Assembly (NCBI GenBank): GCA_028278035.1
Contig: JANQFC010000027.1
Coordinates: forward strand, 74,289 to 138,288
Length of the DNA: 64,000 bases
From: Chlamydiales bacterium
Lineage (GTDB): Bacteria > Chlamydiota > Chlamydiia > Chlamydiales > SM23-39
Direction: 5' to 3'
Below, piece by piece: positions 37,784 to 47,638 of this stretch. The stretch's first letter is position 1, and the number at the start of each line of letters is the position of its first letter. The position numbers and the translations under genes were made by a program. The notes beneath the pieces were generated by a model, which ran no database searches, was not told the origin of the DNA, and saw only the letters and a program-made list of their open reading frames with translations.

Positions 37784-38476
37784 TTAATGATTCAAACAAG
37801 ATTCTTTTAATATTGCTGTAATTATGTTAGTTGCAAGCATTGTTGTTGCTAAAATTAGCATTGCAATACCAGGGGTTGCAAAAGCAAAAAAGGCCCCGAG
37901 ACCTACTAACGCTCCAATCATTGCTTTAGTAATATTGTTTATTGTTTTATTTAGGTGCAGCATTTTTTTATAATGATGGGTATTATCTAATCTTAAATAA
38001 GAAGCAGCTTCTATGTATGCTTTTTCTAAAGAGCTTGCAGCAAAACACGCTCCACCAATAATCGATATTTTGTTAAGGAATGTTTTTGCGATGGGTTGGA
38101 CATTTTGAGAAATCCATTTAGCTACCTTCATTGCGTTCCAAGCTTCATCGCAAGCGGCTATTCTGGCTTCAGAAAATCTAAGATTTTTTATACTGGAGCC
38201 GAGCTTGAAAGCTCCTGTTGTAAAATCATGAAGAGATAATACGGACATTCCTTTTTTAAGATTATCGGCAAACGCTATTACAGGAAATAAATTATCAAGA
38301 TCTTTAAAGGCTATAGCCGACCATCTAAGTACGGTTTCTATTAATCTCAAGAAATCTTTGTGATTTGCTTTAATTATCTTTTCTCCAGCCTTTAAAATAT
38401 CGACTCGTCGAGGGGATATTGGCTGAGGCTGGGGATTTTGCACTGCTATCTGGGGCACATCTAATACTACTGACAT
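37784..38476 (-). CDS. Hypothetical membrane protein with C-terminal bilobed hydrophobic domain (Inc-like)
   Basis: The 230-aa protein ends in two adjacent hydrophobic helices split by a short turn: MIGALVGLGAFFAFATPGIAMLILATTMLATNIITAIL. Confidence 0.5.
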   Translation of the reverse strand: MSVVLDVPQIAVQNPQPQPISPRRVDILKAGEKIIKANHKDFLRLIETVLRWSAIAFKDLDNLFPVIAFADNLKKGMSVLSLHDFTTGAFKLGSSIKNLRFSEARIAACDEAWNAMKVAKWISQNVQPIAKTFLNKISIIGGACFAASSLEKAYIEAASYLRLDNTHHYKKMLHLNKTINNITKAMIGALVGLGAFFAFATPGIAMLILATTMLATNIITAILKESCLNH

Positions 38477-38549
38477 AACAAACTCCTTTTGTTGTGTTAA
38501 GGGCGGATATTATAAAACTTATTTGTAAAAATGTATATTCAAAAAAAAG

Positions 38550-39299
38550 TTAGCCTTGATTTGTGCTATATTTATATTCCAAAAGGGTAGATGCAATGTT
38601 CGCTCCTAAAATGACAGTTTCTGCCAATAACATGAAGAATCCTATGTAGGCAGCTTCAGACACTGCGCTTGCTATGGCCAACACGCCTAAAATCATGCTT
38701 GCTATGTTATTTGCTAGAGCTGCCGCTCTGACGTAATCTTTGCCCTCGCCGTATTTTTGAGCATATTCGGCATCATAAATGTGATCAACTATCCGGTAGG
38801 CTGTTTCAAAAGAACTGGCAGTATTAAATAAACCAGTAATTATATTTAATTTAGTTATAAAGGATTTTGAGAATTGCAGAGCCCTGCTTTTATCAAACCA
38901 TAAAGTAAAGCTCCTGATCTTCCATATTAGATTAAAGGTGTTTGTTCTTAATTGAAAAGAGGTTAAATTTTGTTGATCTGGAGTTGCTTCATTATTTGCT
39001 GAGCTTAAATACTGACTCCATAAATATTGATTTTCTAAAAAGTTTGAGATGATGTTTGGGAATACGAATATTTTTTGCCCGAATTCTATTCCTGAAATAT
39101 AATTATTCAGAAAAGAATTTTCCCTAAGACTTCTGAAACTTAGTTTAGCCCACTCTCCGATTTTAAGAAAAACTTCTATTACATCCTTTGGCTTTTGTTT
39201 TATCATTGACTGTGCAACAAGCCAGTAAGATTGCTGATTTGCTTGTTGTATATTTTCATTGGTCTCAATATCCGGATTTAACACGACACTCATCAACAA
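38550..39299 (-). CDS. Hypothetical membrane protein with C-terminal bilobed hydrophobic domain (Inc-like), same architecture as its neighbour
   Basis: 249 aa. The C-terminal ASMILGVLAIASAVSEAAYIGFFMLLAETVILGANIASTLL and the preceding helical region have the same layout as 37784-38476. Confidence 0.5.
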   Translation of the reverse strand: MLMSVVLNPDIETNENIQQANQQSYWLVAQSMIKQKPKDVIEVFLKIGEWAKLSFRSLRENSFLNNYISGIEFGQKIFVFPNIISNFLENQYLWSQYLSSANNEATPDQQNLTSFQLRTNTFNLIWKIRSFTLWFDKSRALQFSKSFITKLNIITGLFNTASSFETAYRIVDHIYDAEYAQKYGEGKDYVRAAALANNIASMILGVLAIASAVSEAAYIGFFMLLAETVILGANIASTLLEYKYSTNQG

Positions 39300-39369
39300 C
39301 TCCCTGGTTTATAAAAATGAGGGATTTAAAGAATATAAAAAATGAGCTCTTTATGCAATATAAAAGATG

Positions 39370-40164
39370 TTAAATCATCATTATAATGCTTGTGCCGATA
39401 AGAGCTATTGCAAATATTTTTTTTAAGATGTGCACGTCTAGCCTATCTGCTAGTTTTACACCGAAATAAACAGAAAATATTGAAGTGGTTCCTACAATAA
39501 TAAAGGCAGGGAGATAAATGTACCCTAAACTTAAAATATTATTAGAAGAGGAGATGAATCCCGCGAATATATAACAAAGCATGCCGACAATGGATGTTAT
39601 GAAAGTAGATACTGAAGCATTACCAATCAAGCAATATTTAGGGACTCTAAAAGACATAATAAAAAACGGCATGGCAACAACTCCGCCGCCTATTCCCAAT
39701 AAAGTAGCTAAAATGCCGATTATTCCTCCAAAGATATTAGAATATAATTGAGCGGGTTTTGTTTTTGTTTGATATATTTTTTTAGCAAATAATAAATAAA
39801 GACCGATTATAAAAGCAAAAATACCGAATATTTTAGTCAAAAGTTGGCCTGGTATAAAATATGCGAAAATTACTCCCAGTATACTGCCTAATATCAATCC
39901 TATAGTTAAATTTTTAAAAGTGGGCCAGAAAATAGCGTGCCTTTTTTGATATAGATAAACGGACATTAAAGATGCTATTGTAATGATAGCTAAAGAAGAG
40001 CCTATAGCTAGGTGCATAGGCATTTGGATATGAATTAAAAGGTATTTAAAAATAAAAAATAAACAGGGAACAATAATAATGCCGCCGCCAATCCCTAAAA
40101 GCCCGGCCAGAATACCGGAAACCGTTCCCAAGACAACATAAATTAAAATACTAAGTAATATCAT
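39370..40164 (-). CDS. TauE/SafE (DUF81) family anion exporter
   Basis: 264 aa with about 8 TM helices and duplicated Gly-rich motifs LLGIGGGIIIVP and LLGIGGGVVAMP. Confidence 0.85.
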   Translation of the reverse strand: MILLSILIYVVLGTVSGILAGLLGIGGGIIIVPCLFFIFKYLLIHIQMPMHLAIGSSLAIITIASLMSVYLYQKRHAIFWPTFKNLTIGLILGSILGVIFAYFIPGQLLTKIFGIFAFIIGLYLLFAKKIYQTKTKPAQLYSNIFGGIIGILATLLGIGGGVVAMPFFIMSFRVPKYCLIGNASVSTFITSIVGMLCYIFAGFISSSNNILSLGYIYLPAFIIVGTTSIFSVYFGVKLADRLDVHILKKIFAIALIGTSIIMMI

Positions 40165-40257
40165 TTTATTTTACCTCTTTTTTTTCATAAAAGCAAATCC
40201 TGGATAATATTTCTATCAAAATACTTTTTAATAATTATATTATTTCTCTTTTTATGT

Positions 40258-41079
40258 ATGCTGTTTAAAAAAAATATATTTATGAGTATTGAAGTCAATA
40301 TAGAAGATTTTTTATTGTCTTTTCAAATACAGGAGCTTTTATCTGTAAACTCTATATTTGATAATAGCAATCTATCTGCAAAAGAATTTACCAAAGTGAT
40401 GCAGGAAGCTTTTGATAATCTTGAAAAATCTTTTCAAAGTTTAGATCAAGTAAAGAATCTGACTCAAAAACAAATAAAAGAAGTCTCCTCAATTATATTA
40501 AACAAGTTTGTTGAAAAATTTTCTCAAATGCAAGAGATAAAAGTTTTAAATACTTTAAACGCGAGCTTGGATGATGACGCAAACAATAACTTTGATAAGT
40601 CTAATAAAACTAACTCTATTGCAAAAAACAAAAAATTTGCTGATAATTTTATCACATCTAAGGTAGATCCTAAAGTTATTGTAAAACACACCAAGCTATT
40701 GTCTTTATTTTTGAAAAAAGATCCTATAGAGCTCAAGTTCCAAAAAGAGCCAACGCCTCAAAATTCCAATAATATAAAAAGTTCGGCTTCAAGTGTTAAA
40801 GCCGAAACTGTAAAGGGTTTGTCTCACAACCTACTTTTAAGTTCTAAAGTTTATAAACCGGAAATAGTATTAAAAAATTTTGAAGTGTTAATTAAAAATT
40901 TAATACAAAGAATTGATAGTAAGGAGTTTATAAAGAATGAAATACAACCTTTTGGGGTCGTAGGGTTTATGGAATCTAAAAAAAACACCGGACTTAAAAA
41001 ACTCCGAAAAAAGAAAAAAAATAGCAAAGGTTTTTATAGAAAAGAACTTGATTATAAAAAAGATAATCATTCTAGTTAA
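40258..41079 (+). CDS. Hypothetical protein (273 aa), Lys-rich C-terminus
   Basis: Long ORF with no recognisable motif. Start uncertain; an internal Met lies at codon 9. Confidence 0.45.
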   Translation: MLFKKNIFMSIEVNIEDFLLSFQIQELLSVNSIFDNSNLSAKEFTKVMQEAFDNLEKSFQSLDQVKNLTQKQIKEVSSIILNKFVEKFSQMQEIKVLNTLNASLDDDANNNFDKSNKTNSIAKNKKFADNFITSKVDPKVIVKHTKLLSLFLKKDPIELKFQKEPTPQNSNNIKSSASSVKAETVKGLSHNLLLSSKVYKPEIVLKNFEVLIKNLIQRIDSKEFIKNEIQPFGVVGFMESKKNTGLKKLRKKKKNSKGFYRKELDYKKDNHSS

Positions 41080-41097
41080 TTCTTTAATTAATTTGTA

Positions 41098-41683
41098 ATG
41101 AGTTCGAGTATTTCAAAAATTGATTCAGCTTTTTTTAACTCTCCGAAGGCTTGGCTGCGGGCTGCTACAATTTCTTTGATAAATGTTATTTTCTCTGCAT
41201 TGAATCGAGCTAATCTTTGGTTTAATTATTACATTGGAACCTCTAGTCGTCTAAAGAGAATGGATTTTGGAGTGAATTAAAACAAAGTGTTGATGACAGA
41301 AAAAGGCTTTCAAGAATGATGCAGTTGGTGTCTCAAGATTTTATTGTAATCGGCGCTTTATCTAAAGCTGCAAATGATGCGAAAAAATTACCGATAGAAG
41401 ATTCGTTAAAAGTATTTTTGATGCAGGCTTGCAAGCAGACTTCAGCCATTGATAGATTTTTTATATTTTGTTGGAAAAATATCAGAAAATTTTAGCGGAT
41501 AGCCTAAAGGCTTATTCAAAAGGCTCTTTAGATATAAAGCAGGTAATAATTAAGCCTGCTAGAAAACAAGAGTATTCATTTAGGGGATATTTAAGCGCTG
41601 GATTTTCATGGTTAAGCAATCTAATCTGGCAGCGTTTTCCTATATTATTCAAATGCCGCAAAGGCATGAATATTCGATTGTGA
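41098..41683 (+). pseudogene. Probable frameshifted gene (three consecutive ORF pieces in three frames)
   Basis: ORF 41098-41280, an overlapping open frame from 41247 to about 41495 (contains MMQLVSQDFIVIGALSKAANDAKK...), and ORF 41468-41683 follow one another head-to-tail in different frames. Confidence 0.4.
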
Positions 41684-41768
41684 AGATTTAAAAAAAAGTA
41701 TTGATAATAATTTTCATTTGGAATATCTACTTGTGCGCAATATTTAAATATTAATAAGAGCGTATGCG

Positions 41769-43139
41769 ATGTGTATTACGGGAAAATTGTTTGAGCTAGG
41801 CGCAATAATAGGTAAAATCTTTGGAGTAGAACATTGCAATTGTTGCTCTACGATATATCAGCAGACCGAAAAAGAAGCTCAACCTCTTCCTCAAGATTCT
41901 TTAATGACACTTAAGCAAATTGAAAACAATTCAAAAGAGTATAAAAAAATTCGGGGAGGAATAAGCTGTCTTCAAAGCGACTGTATTCAATTTTTACGTC
42001 AAAATGGAAGTTCTCAATTATCTCAAGAAGAAGGGGAAGCTCGGTTTGCTTCTGTTTTGATATTAGCAAAAACTTCTCTACATCAGCTGAATACAAGAAA
42101 AGAGAGCATTATACAATTAGAAAGAAGCAAAGATCCTGAGGAAGGATTTGATATTAATGCTATGACGACTTTAAGACAGTATGCTTTACAGAACAAAGAG
42201 ATTAAATTAATTATAAAACAGGTCGAATATGTGGCTAGATACGGAAATATTGCCTGCTATTTATGGCAAGTATTTAAACATTATAGATTAGTTAATGAAA
42301 TCGAAGTAAAAAGCTATGTGGCTTCTGGAGATATTAATCCCGCCTTTAAACGATTTTATAAATCTTTAACCACATCCCGAAAAAAAATTGATGAGGTAAT
42401 TTCTTTTGCAAATTTAGATAATTTAAAAGATTTAAAACTTTTTTTTAAGGCAGCTAAATCATTAGAGAAAAAAGTTACAAAAGAAAAACAGCAAGGGTGT
42501 TTATGGCTTGATAATGTTTCAGCAGAACTAATGCCCTCTCAACCTGAAGAAGAAATGATTCAGGTTGAAGATACTGGTGCTGGTGCTTTTGCGCCTATCG
42601 CTATGATTCGTGCTAGTAGGGATGTTGGAACAATGGGACCTTTGTTGACAGATTTCAAGCAAGTGTCTCCTGCTTGCGCAGCTTATGTTAAAGTGTTGTC
42701 TCAAAGCAGAGAGGAGAAAGAACAGCAATGTATTGGTTTGTTAAAATTGCAGACGATATGTTGTTTATTGAATTTGGATTATAAAGTGATAAAAACAAGT
42801 AATGATTTGAAAAAGCATGAAAAAAAGATTGGTTTAAAAGTCAAAGAAATACAGCAACGGTCTAATGCTATTGTTCATTTATTTATAGTTATAAAAAATG
42901 CTAGAGAGGAAACTTTAAAGCAAAAATTAGGAGAAGAAATATACCAAGAGTTCGAACAATATACGTTGAGTGCTGTGAATTTTTTTGAAGATGTTGAAAA
43001 AGCAGCATCAATTATTGAATTGCCTGCTCAACAAATAGCAATATTAGAACAAATAGCAGGGAAATATTGCGATGAAGAATTAAAGTCTTTTAAAGAATAT
43101 AGCTGGACAGCAAAATTAAAACTAGGGGATATGACATGA
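41769..43139 (+). CDS. Hypothetical protein (456 aa), Cys-rich N-terminus, largely helical
   Basis: Long ORF whose stop overlaps the start of the downstream LRR gene (ATGA overlap at 43136-43139). No family recognised. Confidence 0.6.
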   Translation: MCITGKLFELGAIIGKIFGVEHCNCCSTIYQQTEKEAQPLPQDSLMTLKQIENNSKEYKKIRGGISCLQSDCIQFLRQNGSSQLSQEEGEARFASVLILAKTSLHQLNTRKESIIQLERSKDPEEGFDINAMTTLRQYALQNKEIKLIIKQVEYVARYGNIACYLWQVFKHYRLVNEIEVKSYVASGDINPAFKRFYKSLTTSRKKIDEVISFANLDNLKDLKLFFKAAKSLEKKVTKEKQQGCLWLDNVSAELMPSQPEEEMIQVEDTGAGAFAPIAMIRASRDVGTMGPLLTDFKQVSPACAAYVKVLSQSREEKEQQCIGLLKLQTICCLLNLDYKVIKTSNDLKKHEKKIGLKVKEIQQRSNAIVHLFIVIKNAREETLKQKLGEEIYQEFEQYTLSAVNFFEDVEKAASIIELPAQQIAILEQIAGKYCDEELKSFKEYSWTAKLKLGDMT

Positions 43140-45427
43140 CATGGTTTTCTTTAGATTATTTATATAATGCTACTAATAGCATTGTGCAGTGGATTTATCC
43201 GTCGGAGCCTCCTCCGATTGAAGTTGTCAAGGAAAAAGATAATGATGTTTGGAAATATGCCTCAGCTATTTCTGCCATAGCTTTATCTATAATTGCAATT
43301 GGAAGTGTTTACTTTTGCAGAAGAAAAAAAGAAGTTGTTTTATCTAAATATAAAACACCTATATTCATACCCAATATCTTCAAGCTCACAAACAAAGTTT
43401 TAAAAGATATAACGGTTAACACATGTTTTAAATATTTCACTGAGACAGGTCAAAAATTAGGTATAAAGATTGATTGTGCTCAATTGACAAAAGAAGAGTT
43501 AGTAGCAAGCCTCGAATTATTGCGCCGTTTATATAAAGATGCGGCGATTTTGGCTTTTGAAAATTTAAAATTTGATCTTGTTAATCTAAAAACTGAATTA
43601 CAAAAATTTGATAATTTGAGCTGTGTTTGTTTTTCAAATACCCGGGAAATTAAAAGCTCTTCTGTAAAAACACTTGTCGGAAGTGTAAAAAAATTAAAAA
43701 GATTGCAGTTTCAAAGAGCAGCAGAGAAAAAAGATGAGCTAAGATTTTTAGAAAATAAATATATCGTTTCATATTCGGATGGACAATCAAACAGAAATGA
43801 AAAAATTAATGAATTTAAAGAAGATATACAAAACTTATTATGGAGTATAAGAGCTCAAGAGGCGCAAATAAAAGAAAGAGCGATAAGAGATTTCTTGTCA
43901 CAGATAAATAAGAAAACTTATTTTCCTGTGTTTGACGATCCTAATGTTGAATTAGATTTATCTGATATATTCCAGGTTAGCGATGTTTTTATGGGGTTCC
44001 TGTTAGATTTTTTTAGAGAAAACAATTTGAATATATCTTCTTTAAATTTAAGTGGGTTAGCTTTAAACGGCAATTTTATAGAAAAAGGCGCAGGGCTGGG
44101 GATTAAAACTTTGATATTGTCAGATATGGAAAGAATTGAAATAACAAATTTGCATGCTTTGAGCTCATATCCCGTTTTAAAAAACCTGGACATTTCTAAT
44201 TCCCATATTACCAATGAGAGTTTAGAAGACGATATACTATCTTTGCCTAACTTAAAAAGATTGATATTAAATAATTGCAGATATTTAAGGCCTACCGAAT
44301 TAAGAAAAGATATTTTAATTAAAGCTCAGGCTTCTTTGGAATATTTATCTTTGGAAGGAACGCAAGGTGCAGTTTATAATTTTATTGAGGAGATCATAGA
44401 AGATTTAAAAAAACCTTTTATTTTTGTAAGTAATAGAGGGATGGAGAGGACCGTTCATTTTTTTGGATGCGATGGTATAAGCCAAAATTCGTTGCTTCAT
44501 TTATATAGAATCCAGGATCAGGTTACTGAATTAAAATTTGGTAGGGGAGTCGTTTTATATTTAAATGATTTCAATGCTTTAATTAAATGTTCTGCCTTTC
44601 AAAACATAAGAATGTTAGATTTAACAAATGTTAAAATAATTGATCATAATAAAATCATGCCAAGGCCTTCGCATGGAAGATCTTATTCGGAATGTAGAGG
44701 GAATGCTATCACTAGACGTAAACAAAGATTTTCAAGGCCTGTTCTGCCAGTAGTTCCACAGACAATATTTGATATGTTTAAAGGTATTCATCCTCTTCAG
44801 CAAATAAGTAGGTGGCAATCTCTTCGCAATATTGAATTGTTGGGTTTTTCTATAAATATTAATCGAAATGATGAGCATACAGCAGATTCCGTTATAATTC
44901 AACACAATGAAATTGACTTGGCAGGAATTGGAATGAAAGAAGAGCAAAGACCTCTCTTATTAGAAGCGTATAGAGCAAATTTATATAATGTTTTATTTAT
45001 TATATCGAAATTTAGAAATATAAGGTTTTTAAATTTTGCAGGTATTCAATATTTTGATATAGGAGCATTAAATGCATTAGCGAGATTAAGCGACGTTGAA
45101 AATCGTGAAAGAGTTGCGATTGAAAATTTAGATTTGAGTAATACAAATTTAAGTATTTTTGATTATGAAGGTTTTGTGAAAATTCATGGAGATAGACATT
45201 GCCCAGCTAATTTTCTTCAAACTCTTTTCAAGTCAGTGGCGTCATTGAATTTACAAGGCATTAAACGTATTGATCGTAGAGATCAGATTATTCCTGCAGA
45301 ATCCATATTTTCTGGATGGAAAAAAGATTCTGCAACTCCCTTAATAAGACGAGGCAATATTGGAAATCAGAGAAGAGTAAATATAACACTGGAAAGAAAT
45401 AAAGAAATCACAATACTTCCGGCTTAA
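43136..45427 (+). CDS. Membrane-anchored leucine-rich-repeat protein (RNI-like LRRs)
   Basis: Single TM ASAISAIALSIIAIGSVYFC near the N-terminus. LRR units such as NISSLNLSGLALNGNF, IKTLILSDMERIEITNLHALSSYPVLKNLDISNSHITNESL, LPNLKRLILNNCRYL, IRMLDLTNVKII, IENLDLSNTNLSI. Confidence 0.75.
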   Translation: MTWFSLDYLYNATNSIVQWIYPSEPPPIEVVKEKDNDVWKYASAISAIALSIIAIGSVYFCRRKKEVVLSKYKTPIFIPNIFKLTNKVLKDITVNTCFKYFTETGQKLGIKIDCAQLTKEELVASLELLRRLYKDAAILAFENLKFDLVNLKTELQKFDNLSCVCFSNTREIKSSSVKTLVGSVKKLKRLQFQRAAEKKDELRFLENKYIVSYSDGQSNRNEKINEFKEDIQNLLWSIRAQEAQIKERAIRDFLSQINKKTYFPVFDDPNVELDLSDIFQVSDVFMGFLLDFFRENNLNISSLNLSGLALNGNFIEKGAGLGIKTLILSDMERIEITNLHALSSYPVLKNLDISNSHITNESLEDDILSLPNLKRLILNNCRYLRPTELRKDILIKAQASLEYLSLEGTQGAVYNFIEEIIEDLKKPFIFVSNRGMERTVHFFGCDGISQNSLLHLYRIQDQVTELKFGRGVVLYLNDFNALIKCSAFQNIRMLDLTNVKIIDHNKIMPRPSHGRSYSECRGNAITRRKQRFSRPVLPVVPQTIFDMFKGIHPLQQISRWQSLRNIELLGFSININRNDEHTADSVIIQHNEIDLAGIGMKEEQRPLLLEAYRANLYNVLFIISKFRNIRFLNFAGIQYFDIGALNALARLSDVENRERVAIENLDLSNTNLSIFDYEGFVKIHGDRHCPANFLQTLFKSVASLNLQGIKRIDRRDQIIPAESIFSGWKKDSATPLIRRGNIGNQRRVNITLERNKEITILPA

Positions 45428-45492
45428 AAAGAACTTTGACATTTCTATATATTATCTTATATTATCAAATTTATAAGGTTTGAAGGGTGTTT

Positions 45493-46089
45493 ATGAGCAA
45501 GTACATAATGTTTTTTATTTCTTTAGCTGTTGTTTTTTCGAGCTGTTCTACCAGCACTACTTTAGTCTCAGGATCTATAGCAGAAGAAAATAAGATAAAC
45601 ATGTTGAATGTCCAAAAGGATATGACGCAAGATGAAGTATTATGTATCATGGGATATCCCGATAAAAATGAAGTAGAATCATTTGGCGATGAAAATTATG
45701 ATGTCTGGTATTATCAGACAACAGAGACTTTTTTTGGACAGTCTAAACTAATCTTTAGAAATTTCACTCCGTTCATTTTTAAAGACGGCATTCTGCGGGG
45801 ATGGGGGAAAAATTATTATAAATATACATTTGACGTAGATAATGAAAAAAACAAGCGATTAGAACAGGATAGACAAAAATACACTAACGATAGAAATGAA
45901 TGGCCTTCTAATTCTCATTTGATCATATCTCCTATTAATGCACCTAAAGCTGATGAAAAAGAAGAAAAGCTTTTAGATGAGGATAGTAAAGAATCCTTAA
46001 AATCTCAATCTAAGCCCAAAACATCTAAAGACTTAGAAGGTCCATGCATAAATCGTGATAAATCAGAGGGTTACGGTTGGTGGGAATAA
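45493..46089 (+). CDS. Lipoprotein with BamE/SmpA-OmlA-like domain (tentative)
   Basis: Signal peptide ending in the lipobox-like VFSSC. The block MTQDEVLCIMGYPDKNEVESFGDENYDVWYY resembles the SmpA/OmlA fold motif. Acidic/Lys-rich tail. ATG at 45493 preferred over GTG at 45487. Confidence 0.5.
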   Translation: MSKYIMFFISLAVVFSSCSTSTTLVSGSIAEENKINMLNVQKDMTQDEVLCIMGYPDKNEVESFGDENYDVWYYQTTETFFGQSKLIFRNFTPFIFKDGILRGWGKNYYKYTFDVDNEKNKRLEQDRQKYTNDRNEWPSNSHLIISPINAPKADEKEEKLLDEDSKESLKSQSKPKTSKDLEGPCINRDKSEGYGWWE

Positions 46090-46277
46090 ATAATTAAATC
46101 AATTTTTAATTTTTTATAATAAAAAAGGACAATATCAATTATTCAAAGTGCTCAAGTAGCTAAAAGTTTTTATTCGGAGATCTTGAATATAATAAAAAAC
46201 AGTTCAGAGGGGAATTGTAGATTTAGCTAGTAAAGCTGCTCTATATTCTTTCAAGCATCAAATGAATAGTTAAAAAA

Positions 46278-46307
46278 ATAAATAATTAATGTACATTAAT
46301 TATTTAT
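46278..46307. promoter_or_regulatory. Perfect 30-bp palindrome upstream of brnQ (candidate operator)
   Basis: ATAAATAATTAATGT|ACATTAATTATTTAT. All 15 positions pair when checked base by base. Its 3' end is 78 nt upstream of the brnQ ATG. Confidence 0.4.
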
Positions 46308-46384
46308 ACATAGATTAGCTCTTTCAATTAATATACAATTTTTTGTAACATTAAACACTAAATGTAACCACAAAAAATTGTATT

Positions 46385-47563
46385 ATGAAAAAAAAATTAA
46401 GTATCTTTTCTTTAGGAATCGCAATTTTTACTATGATTTTCGGAGCTGGAAATATAGTATATCCTTTAATTTTAGGCAGAGAGACCGGATCTCAAATATC
46501 TTTTTCAATGATTGGTTTTATATTAACTGCGGTTATCGTTCCTATTATAGGGCTTGCAGCGGCTATTTTGTTTGAAGGGGATTATAAGAGATTTTTGAAA
46601 AACACAGGCAAACTGCCAAGTATTATTTTTATGTTTGTAATAATGCTTTTTATCATAGGACCCTTAGGAGCTATGACCAGATGCTTAATTTTGTCTTATT
46701 CAGCTTTAAAGATATATATGCCTGGAGTTCCGATATATGCATATTGTGCGGTAGCTTTATTTTTAGTATATTTATTAACTCGTAAGGAAAATAAAGTTGT
46801 GGATATTTTAGGGACAATATTAGGGCCTATTAAAATAACTCTTCTTGTAGCCATTATCGTTATTGGATTAGCAAGCGTTTTATCTTTTGTAAAGGTTCCA
46901 ATAACTCCTACAGAGGGTTTTGTTGAAGGAACTAAGGTGGGGTACTATACACTTGATCTTATAGGGATGATTTTTTTTTCCCGCTTAATATACGATGCTA
47001 TGAAAACTAAGTTTGATCAATTTGTTCAGCCTAAAAAAATTATTGTTCCGTGCCTGAAGGCAGGTTTGATATGCGCAGTATTATTAGGTGCTATTTATTT
47101 TGGGTTTGGGATTGTATCAGCTGCTTTTAGTTCTAAGCTAAAGGGAGTGGCTGATGAACAGCTTTTAAGTATTTTATCTATTAGAGTGTTGGGTAAGCAG
47201 GCGGGGATTTTAGCTAATTTAACAGTGGCTGTTTCAACTTTGGCTACGGCAACTGCTTTAGTGACTCTATTTTCCGACTATTTGACGTTTACTGTATTTA
47301 GAGGTAAGGTTTCATACAACAAGTCATTAATTATTACCATTTTGGCGGGTTTAGCAGCTGTTAATTTGGATTTTGAAGGCATTATGAAAATTATTGCGCC
47401 TATCGCGGTGGCAGTTTATCCGGCTTTAATTGTATTAACTTTGGGCAATATTGCTAACAAGCTTTTTAATTTTAAAGAAAAATATATAATGATTTCTGTT
47501 TGGATAGCGTTTGGTCTGACAATGGTGTTTCAATATATCTTGCCAAATTTGATGCATACATAA
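46385..47563 (+). CDS. brnQ: Branched-chain amino acid transport system II carrier (LIVCS family)
   Basis: 392 aa, 12 TM helices, N-terminal signature FTMIFGAGNIVYPLILG. Confidence 0.85.
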   Translation: MKKKLSIFSLGIAIFTMIFGAGNIVYPLILGRETGSQISFSMIGFILTAVIVPIIGLAAAILFEGDYKRFLKNTGKLPSIIFMFVIMLFIIGPLGAMTRCLILSYSALKIYMPGVPIYAYCAVALFLVYLLTRKENKVVDILGTILGPIKITLLVAIIVIGLASVLSFVKVPITPTEGFVEGTKVGYYTLDLIGMIFFSRLIYDAMKTKFDQFVQPKKIIVPCLKAGLICAVLLGAIYFGFGIVSAAFSSKLKGVADEQLLSILSIRVLGKQAGILANLTVAVSTLATATALVTLFSDYLTFTVFRGKVSYNKSLIITILAGLAAVNLDFEGIMKIIAPIAVAVYPALIVLTLGNIANKLFNFKEKYIMISVWIAFGLTMVFQYILPNLMHT

Positions 47564-47582
47564 GATCAAATGTTTATGTTTT

Positions 47583-47619
47583 ATATGAGTCATAATAAGT
47601 TAATATTTATGACTCATAT
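47583..47619. terminator. Hairpin between convergent brnQ and YVTN genes
   Basis: Perfect 13-bp stem ATATGAGTCATAA / TTATGACTCATAT with an 11-nt loop. No strong T-run, so function as a terminator is inferred from position. Confidence 0.5.
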
Positions 47620-47638
47620 GCTAATTCCAAATATCTTG

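Noticed and set aside
46378-46575. 65-aa ORF overlapping the brnQ start in another frame
   Set aside because: The brnQ frame carries the family signature FGAGNIVYP. The alternative frame is Tyr/Phe/Arg-rich noise.
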